Program-made: the position numbers and the translations under genes
Shown here: positions 51,232-64,000 of the stretch, in pieces
Layout of the letters: each line of letters starts with the position of its first letter
Numbering within the stretch: position 1 is the first letter of the stretch
The notes under the pieces: generated by a model
Told to the model about the DNA's origin: nothing
Database searches by the model: none
Seen by the model: the letters and a program-made list of their open reading frames with translations, nothing else
Assembly (NCBI RefSeq): GCF_006345805.1
Contig: NC_043008.1
Coordinates: 69,068,001-69,132,000, forward strand
Reading direction: 5' to 3'
From: Octopus sinensis
Taxonomy: Eukaryota
Length of the DNA stretch: 64,000 nt

Positions 51232-52945
51232 CACACACACATATATATATACGTATCTGTGTGAGTGTGTGTAGGTATATACACAAATGCCTCCTTCTAC
51301 AGCTATATATACACACGCACACACATACATAGCTGTATAATGTGTAGAATATATACACATGCATACACACACTCACACATGCACACACACTCACACATAT
51401 ATAGTGAAAGAAGGCAAATCAAGGAAAGGAGGGAGAGACAAAGAGAGACAAAGAAAAGTGAGAGAAAGATTAGAAATAAGTAATCACAGATACAGTTTAT
51501 ATAATAATTACATTGGGAGAAAGCTAAGCATGAAGGTAAGAATAACACGATGACGAAAGGGAAAACATAGGAGAGGAGAGAGCGAAAGAAGGAAGTAGAT
51601 AATAGGAAAGACGATGAGAGAAAGTGAGCTATTGATAGGGGTATGAGATGATGAGAGACGTATGTGTTGGTTTTTAAGGGAAAGCTGATAATGAGTATGG
51701 TATTCGTTTAGGTGAGAGGTGGCTGGTGTAGAGGTCTGGTGGCGGATGGTGGGGCCGAGTTAAGTAGATGGACGAGAAGGAACGTCAAAATCGAAAAGAT
51801 TGGAAGCAAAGGCTCGAAGCTAGCTGATTTATTAGGACAACTAATGAGATTAACAGACTTCTGAAGAAGAAGGAAGAGAAGAAGGAGAAATGAAGGACGG
51901 AAGAATAAAGTAAAATTGCAAAGCAATAATGATCTTGAAAGGTTTAAGAATAGTTAGACAAAGTGTGAATATGTAGCTTTAGCTGAAGTAAACTGTGTGA
52001 GGAAGTAAGAAACAAAGATGTTAGCACTAGATAAAGTATAAACGGTAGAGATAATGTGCTTTTCACTGAGGAAATAGCTCACACTAAGTTGGTGTGTTCA
52101 CACAAGATGAATGGAAGCTTCGAGAAAGGAAAGAAAGCAAAGTTGTGCTAGTACAGAGCTAGTACAATGCAAGACAGATAATTTGGACATTCTTCAAGTC
52201 TGACTGCATAAGAAAATGTTAATTATGATATCTTCTATTGGCAGGGGGCCAGCAATTTGTAGGGAAAGAGTTATCGTTGATTGAATCGAAACTGCAGTAC
52301 ATCATTTCTTGACACATTATTATTTTTATCACCGACTTCACGAAGAATGTAGAGTAAAGAGCACCCCTCACAGGATTTGAACCCACACTCACACACGAAC
52401 CTAAATACGTTCGAGTATTTTGTTCTGCTCTCTCCCAAATCTGCCATCATCCCTATCCATATCCATAGCGGGGTTTATACTAATGAATTTAATTTTTCAA
52501 ATGTCTTCCGCTCTTAGAATGTCAGAATATCTGTAATTTAAGAGAAATTAGGTTATTTCCAGTAGGTGGAGCTATTGCATCATGGTTTAACTAGTTGAAT
52601 CGAGGACTCTTCATGACGCTATGTGTTCGTAATAGACGTTTTCCACAGGTGTAAGAGGACCTTGAAAGCCCCTGCAGTGTTTCAAAACCATCTTAAACCT
52701 TACAGAGGGGAATCACGTGTGTTATGAACACTTAACGGCTAAAGGAGAGATGCGTTCTCTGACAAAAAAGTAATTACAATCAGATATTCCCGTTCGAATC
52801 TGCCAGAATATGGAGAGAATGAAAATATGCGCTCATTCCGTACCCAAATAAGAATCGGAAATGAGAACTCGTTTGATTTTTGTGGATTCGAGCTATCATA
52901 TTTTATTAATCTTTCTTATTGATATATGATGTCAATATCAGAAGT

Positions 52946-53058
52946 AAGGTGGCGATCTGGCGGAATCATTAGCACGGCGGGCAAAATGTTTGGCGGCATT
53001 TCGACCATCTTCAGGTTTTGAATTTAAATTCCACCGGGGTCAACTTTGCCTTTCGTCC
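52946..53058 (+). mobile_element. SINE family A 5' half
   Basis: ggtggcgatctggcggaatcattagcac...tttaaattccaccggggtcaactttgcctttc. Confidence 0.75.
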
Positions 53059-53810
53059 AAGATCGGAAGTATAAAAGACATTGGTAACTTCGCTGAAATT
53101 TGAACGCCAGGCGACATAAATCTGTACATCAAAACATTAAAGTCCAACATTCAAACACTCCTATAGTTAACATACTGGATTGGGAGTAAAATGCACTTTT
53201 ACTTATATTGCAAGCGGGAGGTGGGATAAATCCCCGCTACCTCCAGCGCCAGGTCAACCAGATCACGTGATTTCGACCATCCTTGGTTTTGTCAATTATG
53301 GATGTTCAAGCGCTAGAGATAGAAGCGATTCATCTCCTCGCCAGGGGTATATAGTATAACAGTGCCAGAACAGGCGCTGGTGTCGCGAAAAGCGATTGAG
53401 CTCGTTAAAAAATATTTCTTAGTGACAATATTAATACCGAGAGGTAATACTTATTCCCACTTAAATGTGGATGTTCTGTTAGAACAAACTATACTGCCGT
53501 AGATACCATGAGAGAAACCCACTCATATTAGCTTTTGGTGCAAAATGGATTCTTGTTTATATCGTTAGTGGGGAGATAAATCCTCGTCACCTCCAGCACC
53601 GCGACCAGCAGATCACAGGATTTCGATCTTCCTTGGTCTCGTCACACAGTCATTTATTGCTGAGCTAACGTGCTACTATATACAGCAGAATGGGTATGCA
53701 CAACACGAAGTCGTTTATTTATGAATCATCATAGTGTATAAACGTAGTCGTCTTTTGTAGCCGTCTAATACACCCTATACTATAATGTGTAAATATGATA
53801 CACATTCATA

Positions 53811-54211
53811 GGTGAAGGCATGGCTGTGTGATAAGAACTTGCTTCCTAACCACATAACTCCTGGTTCCGTCCCACTGCATGGCACTTTGGGCAAGTGTCT
53901 CCTACTATAGCTTTGAGACGGCCAAGCCTTGTAAGTGTATTTGATAGACGGAAATTGAAAACTCGTCGTATACGTGTGCATGTGTGATTTTGTGTCTGCG
54001 TTTGTCCCCTCCATCACATCTTGACAAATGGTTTTGGTGTGTTTGCGTCCCTGTATTTTAGCGGTTCGGCAAAAGAGATCGATAGCATAAGTACCAGGCT
54101 TTAAAAAAAAATGAAACAGAAATCCTAGGGAAGATTCATTCAACTAAAAATTCAAGGCAGTACCCCAGCATGACCGCAGTCTAATGGCTGTAGCAAATCA
54201 ACGATAAAAGA
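53811..54211 (+). mobile_element. SINE family B, full length
   Basis: ggttccgtcccactgcatggcactttgggcaagtgtc...agcggttcggcaaaagag...aaggcagtaccccagcatgaccgcagtctaatggctg. Confidence 0.85.
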
Positions 54212-54949
54212 TGCTTCAATTGCTGAGCCAACGTTCTACCATACACACCATCCTGTGTAAATAAAGCGTAAATATACATACGTCTATTGCTGAGAAAATT
54301 TTATTTTTGTCGAAACACTGTTCGATATACTCTTTGGAGGTTTGCATTTTAGTTTTATAGATTATATCTTTATTGCAACAATATTGTTGTCCCAAGATAA
54401 TTCTTCAACACACTGGAGGAAGCTGTTTATACGACAACGTACGGTGTTCAAACTTAAATAATCACACCTGAAGTAGAAGAGGAAGAAGAAAAGAAACAAC
54501 CAAATCCTTAGAAATTTTCTTTGTGTGTTCATTAGTTCCGAGACTGACAGCATCCCAAATATTTGTAGGAATATATTTTTTTTACCGATTCATAGAGGAT
54601 TCTGAATGATTCACAGAAGAACTACTCACTTCCTTGTTTAATAATCTTTATATGAACTTACTTCAGCTAACCTGATCAAAGAAACAAAACATCAAAACAT
54701 CAGTTGTTTTAACGTAGATATTGTCAAAGCAATATATCTAAAGTCGTCACTCGCGAGCAAGAGCGCTATATTATGTATGGTCTTTCCGTCAATCGTTTAG
54801 AGCTGGCCTATGTAGTAGCGAGCATACAAACACACCTCTTCTCGGGTCTCTTACACTTGAACAAGCGGAACATTCAGGTTGTGACGGGTACAGGAAGAGA
54901 AAGTTGCACCAACGATTGGCGCGTAGTTATTTCAGTTAAGTAAACTACA

Positions 54950-55109
54950 GTAGGAGTAGCTGTGTGGTAAGTAGCTTGCTTAAGAACCACATGGTTCCGG
55001 GTTCAGTCCCACTGCGTGGCACCTTGGGCAAGTGACTTCTACTATAGCCGCGGGCCGACCAAAGCCTTGTGAGTGGATTTGGTAGACGGAAACTGAAAGA
55101 AGCCCGTCG

Positions 55110-55145
<36 letters not shown>

Positions 55146-55425
55146 ATAATATATATATATATATATTATATATATATATATATAAGTATGTATGTATGTG
55201 AGTGTATGTGTTTGTGTGTCTGTGTTTGTTCCCCCAACATCGCTTGACAACCGATGCTGATGTGTTTACGTCCCCGTAACTTAGCGGTTCGGCGAAAGAG
55301 ACTGATAGAATAAGTACTAGGCTTACAAAGAATAAGTCCTGGGGGCGATTTGCTCGACTAAAAGGCGGTGCTCCAGCATGGCTACAGTCACATGACTGAA
55401 ACAAGTAAAAGATTAAAGAGTAGAG
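54950..55425 (+). mobile_element. SINE family B, full length, best-preserved copy
   Basis: tRNA-like head (gctgtgtggtaag; ggttcagtccc), CORE-like gcaccttgggcaagtg, internal (TA)n(TG)n, tail ggcggtgctccagcatggctacagtcacatgactgaaacaag. Confidence 0.9.
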
Positions 55426-56545
55426 TAACAAGAAATGAAGGATACTCAAGGATACAACATGCTACTTGGTCCAACAATCGAGACCACGAGATTATAGTTG
55501 TGAGAACCACACCGTAACCTCCATTTCAAATACTAGAGAATATTCGTAATACATACATATTATATTTACAGTATGTCATTCGCTGGAGTATACCAATATG
55601 TCTTTATATAAAATGCAACTGTTTGTGCAGAACTAATCTGAGGCTTCACAATAAGAGTTATAATTATATTTTATTATCAAGCCATAAGTGGAAACCCAAT
55701 TGCTAGAACTAGTAACCAAATATCCTTCAAAAATCTATCTCCCTAAAGCGGAATATGTCGGACAATGTCGCTTATTGATAAGCCATCACAGTGTGTAAAC
55801 ACAATCATCTTTTGCATTCGTCTTATACACCCCATAGAGTGTAAATATAATGCACATTCACAGGCGTAGGCGTGGAAGAGCGTCCCATTTTGTGTTTTAT
55901 ATATACATATATATTTATGTGTGTGCGTGTGTGTGTGTGTTATATGTATAGACTAAAACATTTTGATTCAAATTCCTTGGTAATCCGAGTTTATAAGTGT
56001 GATGCTAATCCTCAGCCATTGGAAGTTTCAGTGCCCTTCTTTCGTTTGTCCACTCACTCGTGTATATACATATATATGTGTGTATGTGGGTGTGTGTGTG
56101 AGTGTGTGTGGGTGTGTGTGTGTGGGTGTGTGTGTGTGTGTGTGTATGCGTATGATATAAATAAAACAATAATATTTTTCGAAAGCGGAAACGCCGTTAG
56201 ATCAGCAGAAATATTGAGTAAATTACCCCTTATAAAGCGGGAAAAGTTGTCAATAACCAGCCATGGGACTCGAACACACATCCCTCAAAGACCCTGCCGG
56301 AGTGCTTCACGTTAAGTTAAACTTCCTGCTGACAAATTTATCCACAAATTTAGACGCTATAAAGGTTAAATGCACAACTACGTGTATACAAATATAAGCA
56401 AACTAACATTTGTTCGTTTATAAGCTTCGAAAATGTGCATTGTACGATAAAAATAAAATGATAGTTGTTTTCGAGCTCAGAAACGCTGTTAGAACAGCAG
56501 AAATATTTCTCTGTTCGAAAAAAATTATCATATTTTTATTTTACA

Positions 56546-56594
<49 letters not shown>

Positions 56595-56652
56595 TGTGTG
56601 TGCGTGCGTGTGTGCGTGTGTGTGTGTGTATACATATACCTCTGTATATATT

Positions 56653-56717
<65 letters not shown>

Positions 56718-56727
56718 CACGCGCATA

Positions 56728-57606
56728 CATGGTGCAGTGAATAAATTGTCGTCTAAATTATGCAAAAATGAAACAAAAAAAACCACTGACATCTCATTTT
56801 AACAGATAGATTTACCAAAATTACACGAAAATATCTTGAAATACTAAGTAAATTTAGTCAATAAAAACGCCATTGGTTTCCACCACGTCTTCCAGACGAT
56901 TTCGGAATCTCCTGCAACTCTTTTCAACCGTTTCTTTGTTTAAGTTGGTGAATACTGCCATAATCGATGCCATCAGTTTATCTTTGCTGTTACAAAGTGT
57001 TTCGTTGGTCTCTCGCTCAACTTCGCCCACACATAATCAAAGGAGTTGCAGTCTGGGGAGTTAGGTGTCCAGGTGTTAGGGATGATGTCGTCGCAGAAAT
57101 TGTCTGACAGCCATGCTTGTGTAGCATGGTGTAGTATCCTGTTACGACACATAGAGTATTCCAGTCTTTCCAACAGCCACCCTCTTGACCCAGGGCAGCA
57201 CTACATCCTCCAGGCAATTGATGAAGGTTTCCGTGTTGAGACTGAGGCCGTGTGGTAAGATGAATGGAGGCACAACGTCACCGTCACTAGTGATCACACC
57301 AAACTCCATAATGTTGACTGGATGTTTGATTTTTATCACTCTCGGTACATGTCCTCAGAATGCACTGTCCTCAGATTGACACCCGAATATTCTGAAATGT
57401 TCAAATTGGAGTTTCCGGCGTGTATGCCAAGCAGTACAGCATGTCATTTCCAAATTTTTCAAGGAGTGAATTGCGTCATGGTGGTGTTTTTCTCACAGAC
57501 AGAGCAAGTGACCTTACTATACACTGTAGTTGTCAAAATGAAAAACAAAGTTACGCATGCCCGAAATTAAAATTATAACATGGTGACAAATCATTCATCG
57601 CACCCT
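56728..57606 (-). mobile_element. Internally deleted maT/DD37D-like (Tc1/mariner) transposon
   Basis: KHPVNIMEFGVITSDGDVVPPF...EDVVLPWVKRVA, QDTTPCYT, QAWLSDNF...WTPNSPDCNSFDY. Imperfect TIRs ggtgcagtgaataaattgtc / gacaaatcattcatcgcacc. Confidence 0.82.
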
Positions 57607-58035
57607 CTCTCTCTCTTTCTCTGTATCTTTCTCTCTCTCTCTCTCTCTCTCTGTATATATATATATATATATGTGTGTGAGTTTGTGTGTGTTTGGGGGA
57701 GGTGTATACATACAAATATATTCATAATTATGCACTGTCAAAAATGTTATAGTCACAGTTGTAACGACATTGAGTATAGGTGCATTCGATCAGGGCAGTT
57801 CTGAACAAAAACAAGATAAACAGCATAAGAAATCCTCATCACTCATTAGCCAAACAGAATAGGTAACAAAGAATTCTACCATTATTATAGCTGCAGACAA
57901 TTTAGGAAAATTGTTAGAAAGAATGAACTAAAGTGCCGAATGTTATGTCACCGTGGGAGCAGGGCAGATGAATATACATGTCAGGCATGGAAAATTTACC
58001 AAGAATATGCCTCTTTAATATAACGTGTTTATTGT

Positions 58036-58245
58036 CGAGCTAGCAGAATCGTTAGCTCGTAGGACAAAATGCGTAGCGGTATTTCGTCTGCCTTCACGTT
58101 AAGAGTTCAAATTCTGCCGAGGTCAGCTTTACCTTTCATCCTTTCGAGTCGATAAATTAAATACCAGTGAAACTCTGGGGTCGATGTAATCGACTAGTCC
58201 CCACCCACAAAATTTCAGGCATTGAGCGTCTGGTAGATAGGATTA
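58036..58245 (+). mobile_element. SINE family A
   Basis: gagctagcagaatcgttagc...gagttcaaattctgccgaggtc...ggggtcgatgtaatcgactag. Confidence 0.85.
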
Positions 58246-58339
58246 TCTTTCAGGGAAAAGAAAAGGTTGAATACCAGATTACACACACATACACACACGC
58301 CCCCCACACACACGCACGCACACACAGAGTGTGTTCAGA

Positions 58340-59150
58340 CTGCATTTGACGATTTTATGTCTCATTTTTTTTTTCATGAACAGCTTGAACAGTCAACGGC
58401 ATGGAAGAGCATAAAGTTTAAGTTGTAGTTGAGAAAAATATTAGCTGATATGGAGAACTGGAATCCATCAAAATATTGAAAAAGTGTTACATGTGTCATG
58501 AAGATTTGTGCTGGTTGTCAAAATGCCAACATCATGACTGATGCTCAGCACTCTGTGAACAATGTAATGGCTATAAAACGTGACGTAGACATCATAAAAA
58601 CGAAACAGTGATAATGTTTGCATGTGTTATGAGTGAAGGTGACGTCAATTAACCCCTCGACTTTGAACAAAGCCTTGGGCTCAATTCAGACGCCTATGTG
58701 AAATTACTAGAGACTGTGGTCAAACCTGGCCGGACAAAGCTGCTGCTAGAAGATTATACGTGTGTAGCAGGATTTGGTTCCTTGTCATACAGCCATAAAG
58801 AGAAAGAAATGGTTGTCGACTTCACTAGCGCCAATTTCTGGCCTTCTACTATATTCTACTATATTCTACTCTATATTCTACTCTAGAATAAGACCAAGTT
58901 AGCGGCCAAAGTCATAGATGTATTTCAAGGTTTTTGCCAGGGATACTGTGAAGAATTCATGCACCAAGTTCCGAAGCCGTTTTGGCGTTTTGCTGCAAGC
59001 TGTGGACGGATACTTTGAGTAAACTGTTATCTCCCATCTATAACCTAGTTTATATTTAATTTCTTTTTTAACTACACTTATTTTTGTGTAGGATGTTTTC
59101 TTTTCTTATCCATTTATACGAATTGTCAGATTTAGCACGAAATCTATCTC
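58340..59150 (+). mobile_element. Second, more decayed maT-like transposase remnant
   Basis: MFACVMSEGDV..P..FEQ.LGLNSDAYVKLLETVVKP...YVC.QDLVPCH in broken frames. Confidence 0.65.
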
Positions 59151-59270
59151 TCTATATATCTACCTAATTATTTATCACGTCATCTCTCTCCCTCTCTCTC
59201 ACTCTGTATAAACACACATACATATATATACATACATACATGCATATACACACATATATATATATATATG

Positions 59271-59347
<77 letters not shown>

Positions 59348-59836
59348 AATGCTTGTAAGCTCTCTCTCGCGATGTAAAGAAAATCTTATGTGAAACGGTA
59401 TTTTTAAAGAACCCAAGGGAAACAGACGAAATATGTTCTACACCTGCTGTACTGGTATGGAAAAATATCTCTTGCGGAGATCTATTTTGCACACCAAAAT
59501 AAATAGATCCATGGTCGTAACGAAATACATACATAGAAATATTAAAATATCAGTATTCGACAGAAGTGCATTATTCTGAAAACGTGTGACCTTAGTTAGG
59601 GATAGATCTCTAACTGACAAACTACGCTTCAACAATAAAGGGTTCTTTATCAGTTACCCTTATAAATAACTATTAATGATACATATTTTTAAAGTTTTTA
59701 ACTTCGTGCGAGGGGGATGCTGATGGATATCCTAATTCTTTTTCAGTATTAAAATTTATATCTAAATGCATTATACATAGCGTAGTTTATCTCCTTTCTC
59801 TCGATGTATATATATATATATATATATAATATATAT

Positions 59837-59890
<54 letters not shown>

Positions 59891-59894
59891 CATG

Positions 59895-60834
59895 CTACAG
59901 ATTTCTGCCGCCACCGACATTGGATGATCATAACTTTCAGAAAAATGGATATTTGCTAATGAAATTTTCTACGAGTATGTGTTATATCTTGTAGATTTTT
60001 TGGGAAAATATTTTAGAAGGGGTAGGGGGGAATTTGGGAAAATTCACCGGAGTCCACTTCAATTCGTCTTAACTTTCAAGAAAATGAAATCTACAAATAT
60101 ACCTCGGACTATGTGGATTCCGAGGACATAGGGATTTTGGGAGAAAACAATTGAGAACAAGTTGTCCATATTTGTTTCGGAACAAGTCATCCATATTTGT
60201 TTCACTTTCTCCGTTTTGTGCGTTTGTGCATCCGTAGATTTCTAACATACTCTCACACACACACATGTAATTATAAAAGTTCAAACGGGTAATTATTCCA
60301 TTCAATATCATGTTAATTGTAGAGATTATGTAACAAATCATACTTTACATTGCTATATTTAACTGTGTATATTCCATATTTTTGCTTCTGGTGTCTTCTG
60401 ACTTTCTATTAGAAACATTTACCAGGGAATTTACTTAAAGTGAAAAAAAATCGTATGCAACACATAAGTCGTCTTAATAACATATTTCTGGGGTGTACCA
60501 GACCTTTAGCTGTTATTTTCAGCATAACGAGTTTTCTAGTGAGGGCTGCTTCATTTGCCTTCATTGCCTGTTTGTTGCTTCAGTAGAAATCTACGGATGT
60601 ACAAGCGAATAAAGCGGAGAAAATGAAACAAATAATCTGAGGTATATTTTTAGAAGATTTCATTAAATTCTCCACCGCCCCTCCTAAAATACTTTTACCC
60701 AAACATTTTATATATTCGGAATATACATGATATAACATATATTTGTAAGAAATTTCATTAACAAATGTCCATTTTTCTGAAAGCTATGATCATCCAAATC
60801 GGGGGTGGGGCAGAAATCTGTAGTTATGCCTATA
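59895..60834. mobile_element. MITE / foldback-type non-autonomous element with ~150-bp imperfect TIRs
   Basis: 59895-60040 is the reverse complement of ~60665-60823 (ctacagatttctgcc...ttggatgatcata.ctttcagaaaaatgga.atttg.taatgaaattt), roughly 80% identical by eye; no coding interior. Confidence 0.8.
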
Positions 60835-60836
60835 TT

Positions 60837-60869
<33 letters not shown>

Positions 60870-60879
60870 GTATATATAT

Positions 60880-61200
60880 ATAATAAAAAACAAAAGGGGA
60901 CAAGAACGCAAAACATCCGGACAACTAGGTGATACAAAAAGTGACAACAAAACATCCAGATGGACGATACAAAAAAAAAAAAAAAACAAGGACGGGTCAT
61001 TCAAAGCCATTTATCTTCAGTCAAGAACCGGATCATCCTCGAAATTTCGGCTGATTAATCTTGAGATTGCTCCAATTTGGCCAGCCCCAAGGAAAAACTA
61101 AGCTAAGAGCATTAGATTCCTTGGAAAAAAGCATCGAGTATATACGAAAACAAGGATGGAAAAACAGTCGATGTTACACGAATTTAAATACAAAAATACA
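60880..61200. repeat. Unclassified interspersed repeat, possibly Penelope-related terminal sequence
   Basis: Distinct non-microsatellite block (cttcagtcaagaaccggatc...tttcggctg...ggccagcccc...actaagctaagagc) between TA/TAA arrays. The assignment is recall only. Confidence 0.3.
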
Positions 61201-61211
61201 ATAAAAATAAC

Positions 61212-61246
<35 letters not shown>

Positions 61247-61711
61247 CAGGACATAACAAAAAGCGTCTTTCGACTGGGGATACACATATATACAAACACT
61301 TACACACATAACATAGATATGGAAGGGAGATAGGCAGAGAAATACATATTTTACAACTGGTAAAATTGCAGGGAAAACAATGTCCCACACTCCATTCACG
61401 GTTGAATCAGTTAATGGAACAACTGAAACATTCAGGAAATGCAACCCTGTCACCGCATCCTATTTCCTCCTTCACTACATCATTACAGAGTCCTATGTGC
61501 TCACCCGAAAAAGTTTGTGGGCAAAAAAAAACAACAACAACTCGCCGTATTAGCGAGTACAGTTTATAAGGTTCGGTAACCCCAACCACGTATATGTGAA
61601 ATGAATGAGTGTCATATATTCACATCTCTGTTGACTATGCCTGTAAATCATCTGATACGTTCCCTCTGTAAAAAAGAAATACAATTCAATGTGTTTTTTA
61701 TTAGGTGGAAG

Positions 61712-61768
<57 letters not shown>

Positions 61769-61925
61769 ACATATATATTTGCATTCATATATATGAATAT
61801 ATATATATTATATATATATATATATATATATGCACACACATACATATAGGTATATATGAATGTATACATTATGTGTATTTATGTGTATATGAGCAGAAAA
61901 AAACCAAGCCTCAAGAGTATATTAT

Positions 61926-61965
<40 letters not shown>

Positions 61966-62499
61966 TACATATATACGAATAAACACACACATATGTATGC
62001 ATATATATTTACACACACCAGTATTAGTTTTCCCTTTACACGTTCCATATAAACTATAATTCATAATATATATATATTGGCCCTTTTCGGCCTATCATAT
62101 ACAAATAATTTATATGATACACTTTCCTTTTTTGACACTTATCACACGTCCATATTGTTAGTTTATATATTGCCTTTTTACACGTACAATTCGCAGTAAA
62201 TTATATCATATATCTTCCTCTAAACAGACATCTTTCATTCATAGACTAACTGTATATGTATGTTTGTATATTATCTCTACATAATACACACATTCACATT
62301 CACACTCTCTTTCTTTCCCTTTCTCACACACACACACACACGCACGCACACATGCGCATACACATTCACATATAGTCCGAAGATCTATTATATATATCAA
62401 GCTACATACAGAGGACTGGAAGCACATATACAATCGTACATATGCACGTATTCATGTTTACATACATGCTCTGATATTTATGTGTGTTTATGTGTATGC

Positions 62500-62570
62500 A
62501 TATACATGTATTACACTGCGCGTATATTCATATATGCATACATATATTTGTATATATATATATATATATG

Positions 62571-62616
<46 letters not shown>

Positions 62617-62675
62617 CATACATATATATGTATATACATGTATATATATATATATCATATATGTATATATATGTG

Positions 62676-62715
<40 letters not shown>

Positions 62716-62930
62716 TATGTATGTATATATTATTTATATACACACACACAGTCGTGTGTGAATCTACGATTGATTTTTTTGTATTTATATATGTATACAG
62801 GCTCACACATTTATGCATATACACATACAAATATGCACTCACGCACTCACAAAACACACATATGCACACACAGGTACACGCACACATATACATACATTCA
62901 TTCGCGCCTATACATTGATACGTATATACA
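62500..62930. repeat. Compound (TA)n/(TG)n/(CA)n array
   Basis: Seen directly. Confidence 0.95.
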
Positions 62931-64000
62931 CATATTAGGATTCAGCGATTAACATCTATTCTTTGAAAAGTTATTTTATCATAAGGTCGTTAGGAGAGAA
63001 ACCATATATATAAAAAAATAACCTTTCACGAGAGAAAAGAAAATAGTCTGAAAACTATATTAGGGTATAACAGTAATAAATAATACAGTATTTTAATTGG
63101 TTGGTGGGTGTTTGATGTGTCATTAACTGTCGTGCTGTGTATAACAATATTTGACGTAGAATTCATCTTCTCTATGCTATAATTTATAATTCGGTTTATG
63201 TTGTGTGAACGATGCTCTCTTCCACACTATCATCCTGATCGCATATATGGTGTTTAATCGGTTAATTTACGCATTAATCATAGCTTAGGGTGTGATCGTT
63301 GTTGCTGATGGTGTTTACTCCACAGAGCAGCTTTGATCAAGCAAGAATTATCAAATATTTTCCAGGCATAGCAGTCACGTCTTATTGTGTATCAATACTA
63401 CAATATGTGCGGTGTAAGCCTTTAAACTGTATCCGGTATTGGAGCTCTGATTCAGGAATACCAGAAATATCAGGTGTGTGAAACCACCGCTTGGCCACTA
63501 ACCTTCCCAAGTTTACTCTGATCCTGTGTAGGGTCCTAGCTATGGGTTGATAAGCCTTAATATGCTAATTAATATTATGATATGTTTGCCACGCTTGCCT
63601 TTGAAAACTGGATCCTGCGGACTCTGCAGAAGAAACATTCGTAGTTCAACGGAAGTGAAGGCAGCAGCAATGACGCATTGTGGCGTGCAGAGAGTAAGAT
63701 GAGGCAAGACATTTTGGTCATCCGCTGCATCCATCTCCAACTCCAGTCATCTTTACTGTTCTTGCCATTAGATTGAAGATGGTCACGGACGAGAATGTGA
63801 GGTTGACGGTGCGCTGCACTTCTTCGCTTTAAAGTCACCACCCAATACATAATGGATTTGGTATCTGATGTAGCTTGTGAAATTAATGTGTCTGTATCCT
63901 GAAATTTTTATATATACATGTGTGTGCGCGTTTGTGTGTGTGTATGTGTGTGTGTGTCTGTATCTATGTGTCTGTGTGTGTCTGCATATAGTCAATCTGC

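Noticed and set aside
60985-61030. CTGAAGA...GAA on the minus strand as a third hammerhead
   Set aside because: Stem II pairs poorly and GAAAC-GUH is not preserved (GAAT-GACC).

Overview
AT-rich, microsatellite-saturated eukaryotic DNA, most likely an Octopus/coleoid cephalopod intergenic or intronic region (inferred from the repeat families and base composition). I find no supportable host protein-coding gene, RNA gene or CRISPR array; nearly all ORFs in the supplied track are microsatellite read-through or transposon debris. The window is a layered transposable-element landscape. It holds a young 3.9-kb CR1/L2-superclade LINE (48-3951, minus) nested in a Penelope-like RT remnant, several R4/Dong-type (RLE) and RTE LINE fragments, mariner, maT-like and Chapaev-like DNA-transposon remnants, a long-TIR MITE, a Helentron/DINE-1-like element and more than 20 copies of three modular tRNA-derived SINE families. 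Most notable observations: (i) one SINE family shares the LINE's 3' tail, with a compensatorily covarying stem-loop; (ii) two Penelope-derived repeats carry a minimal hammerhead-ribozyme fold with the same non-canonical core base; (iii) a SINE/Dong/SINE chimera sits inside one 18-bp TSD; (iv) two non-L1 LINE insertions have twin-priming-like 5' inversions; (v) the big LINE's ORF2 is broken only by three single-base homopolymer indels. Coordinates and alignments were read by eye; family names come from motif recall, not database searches.
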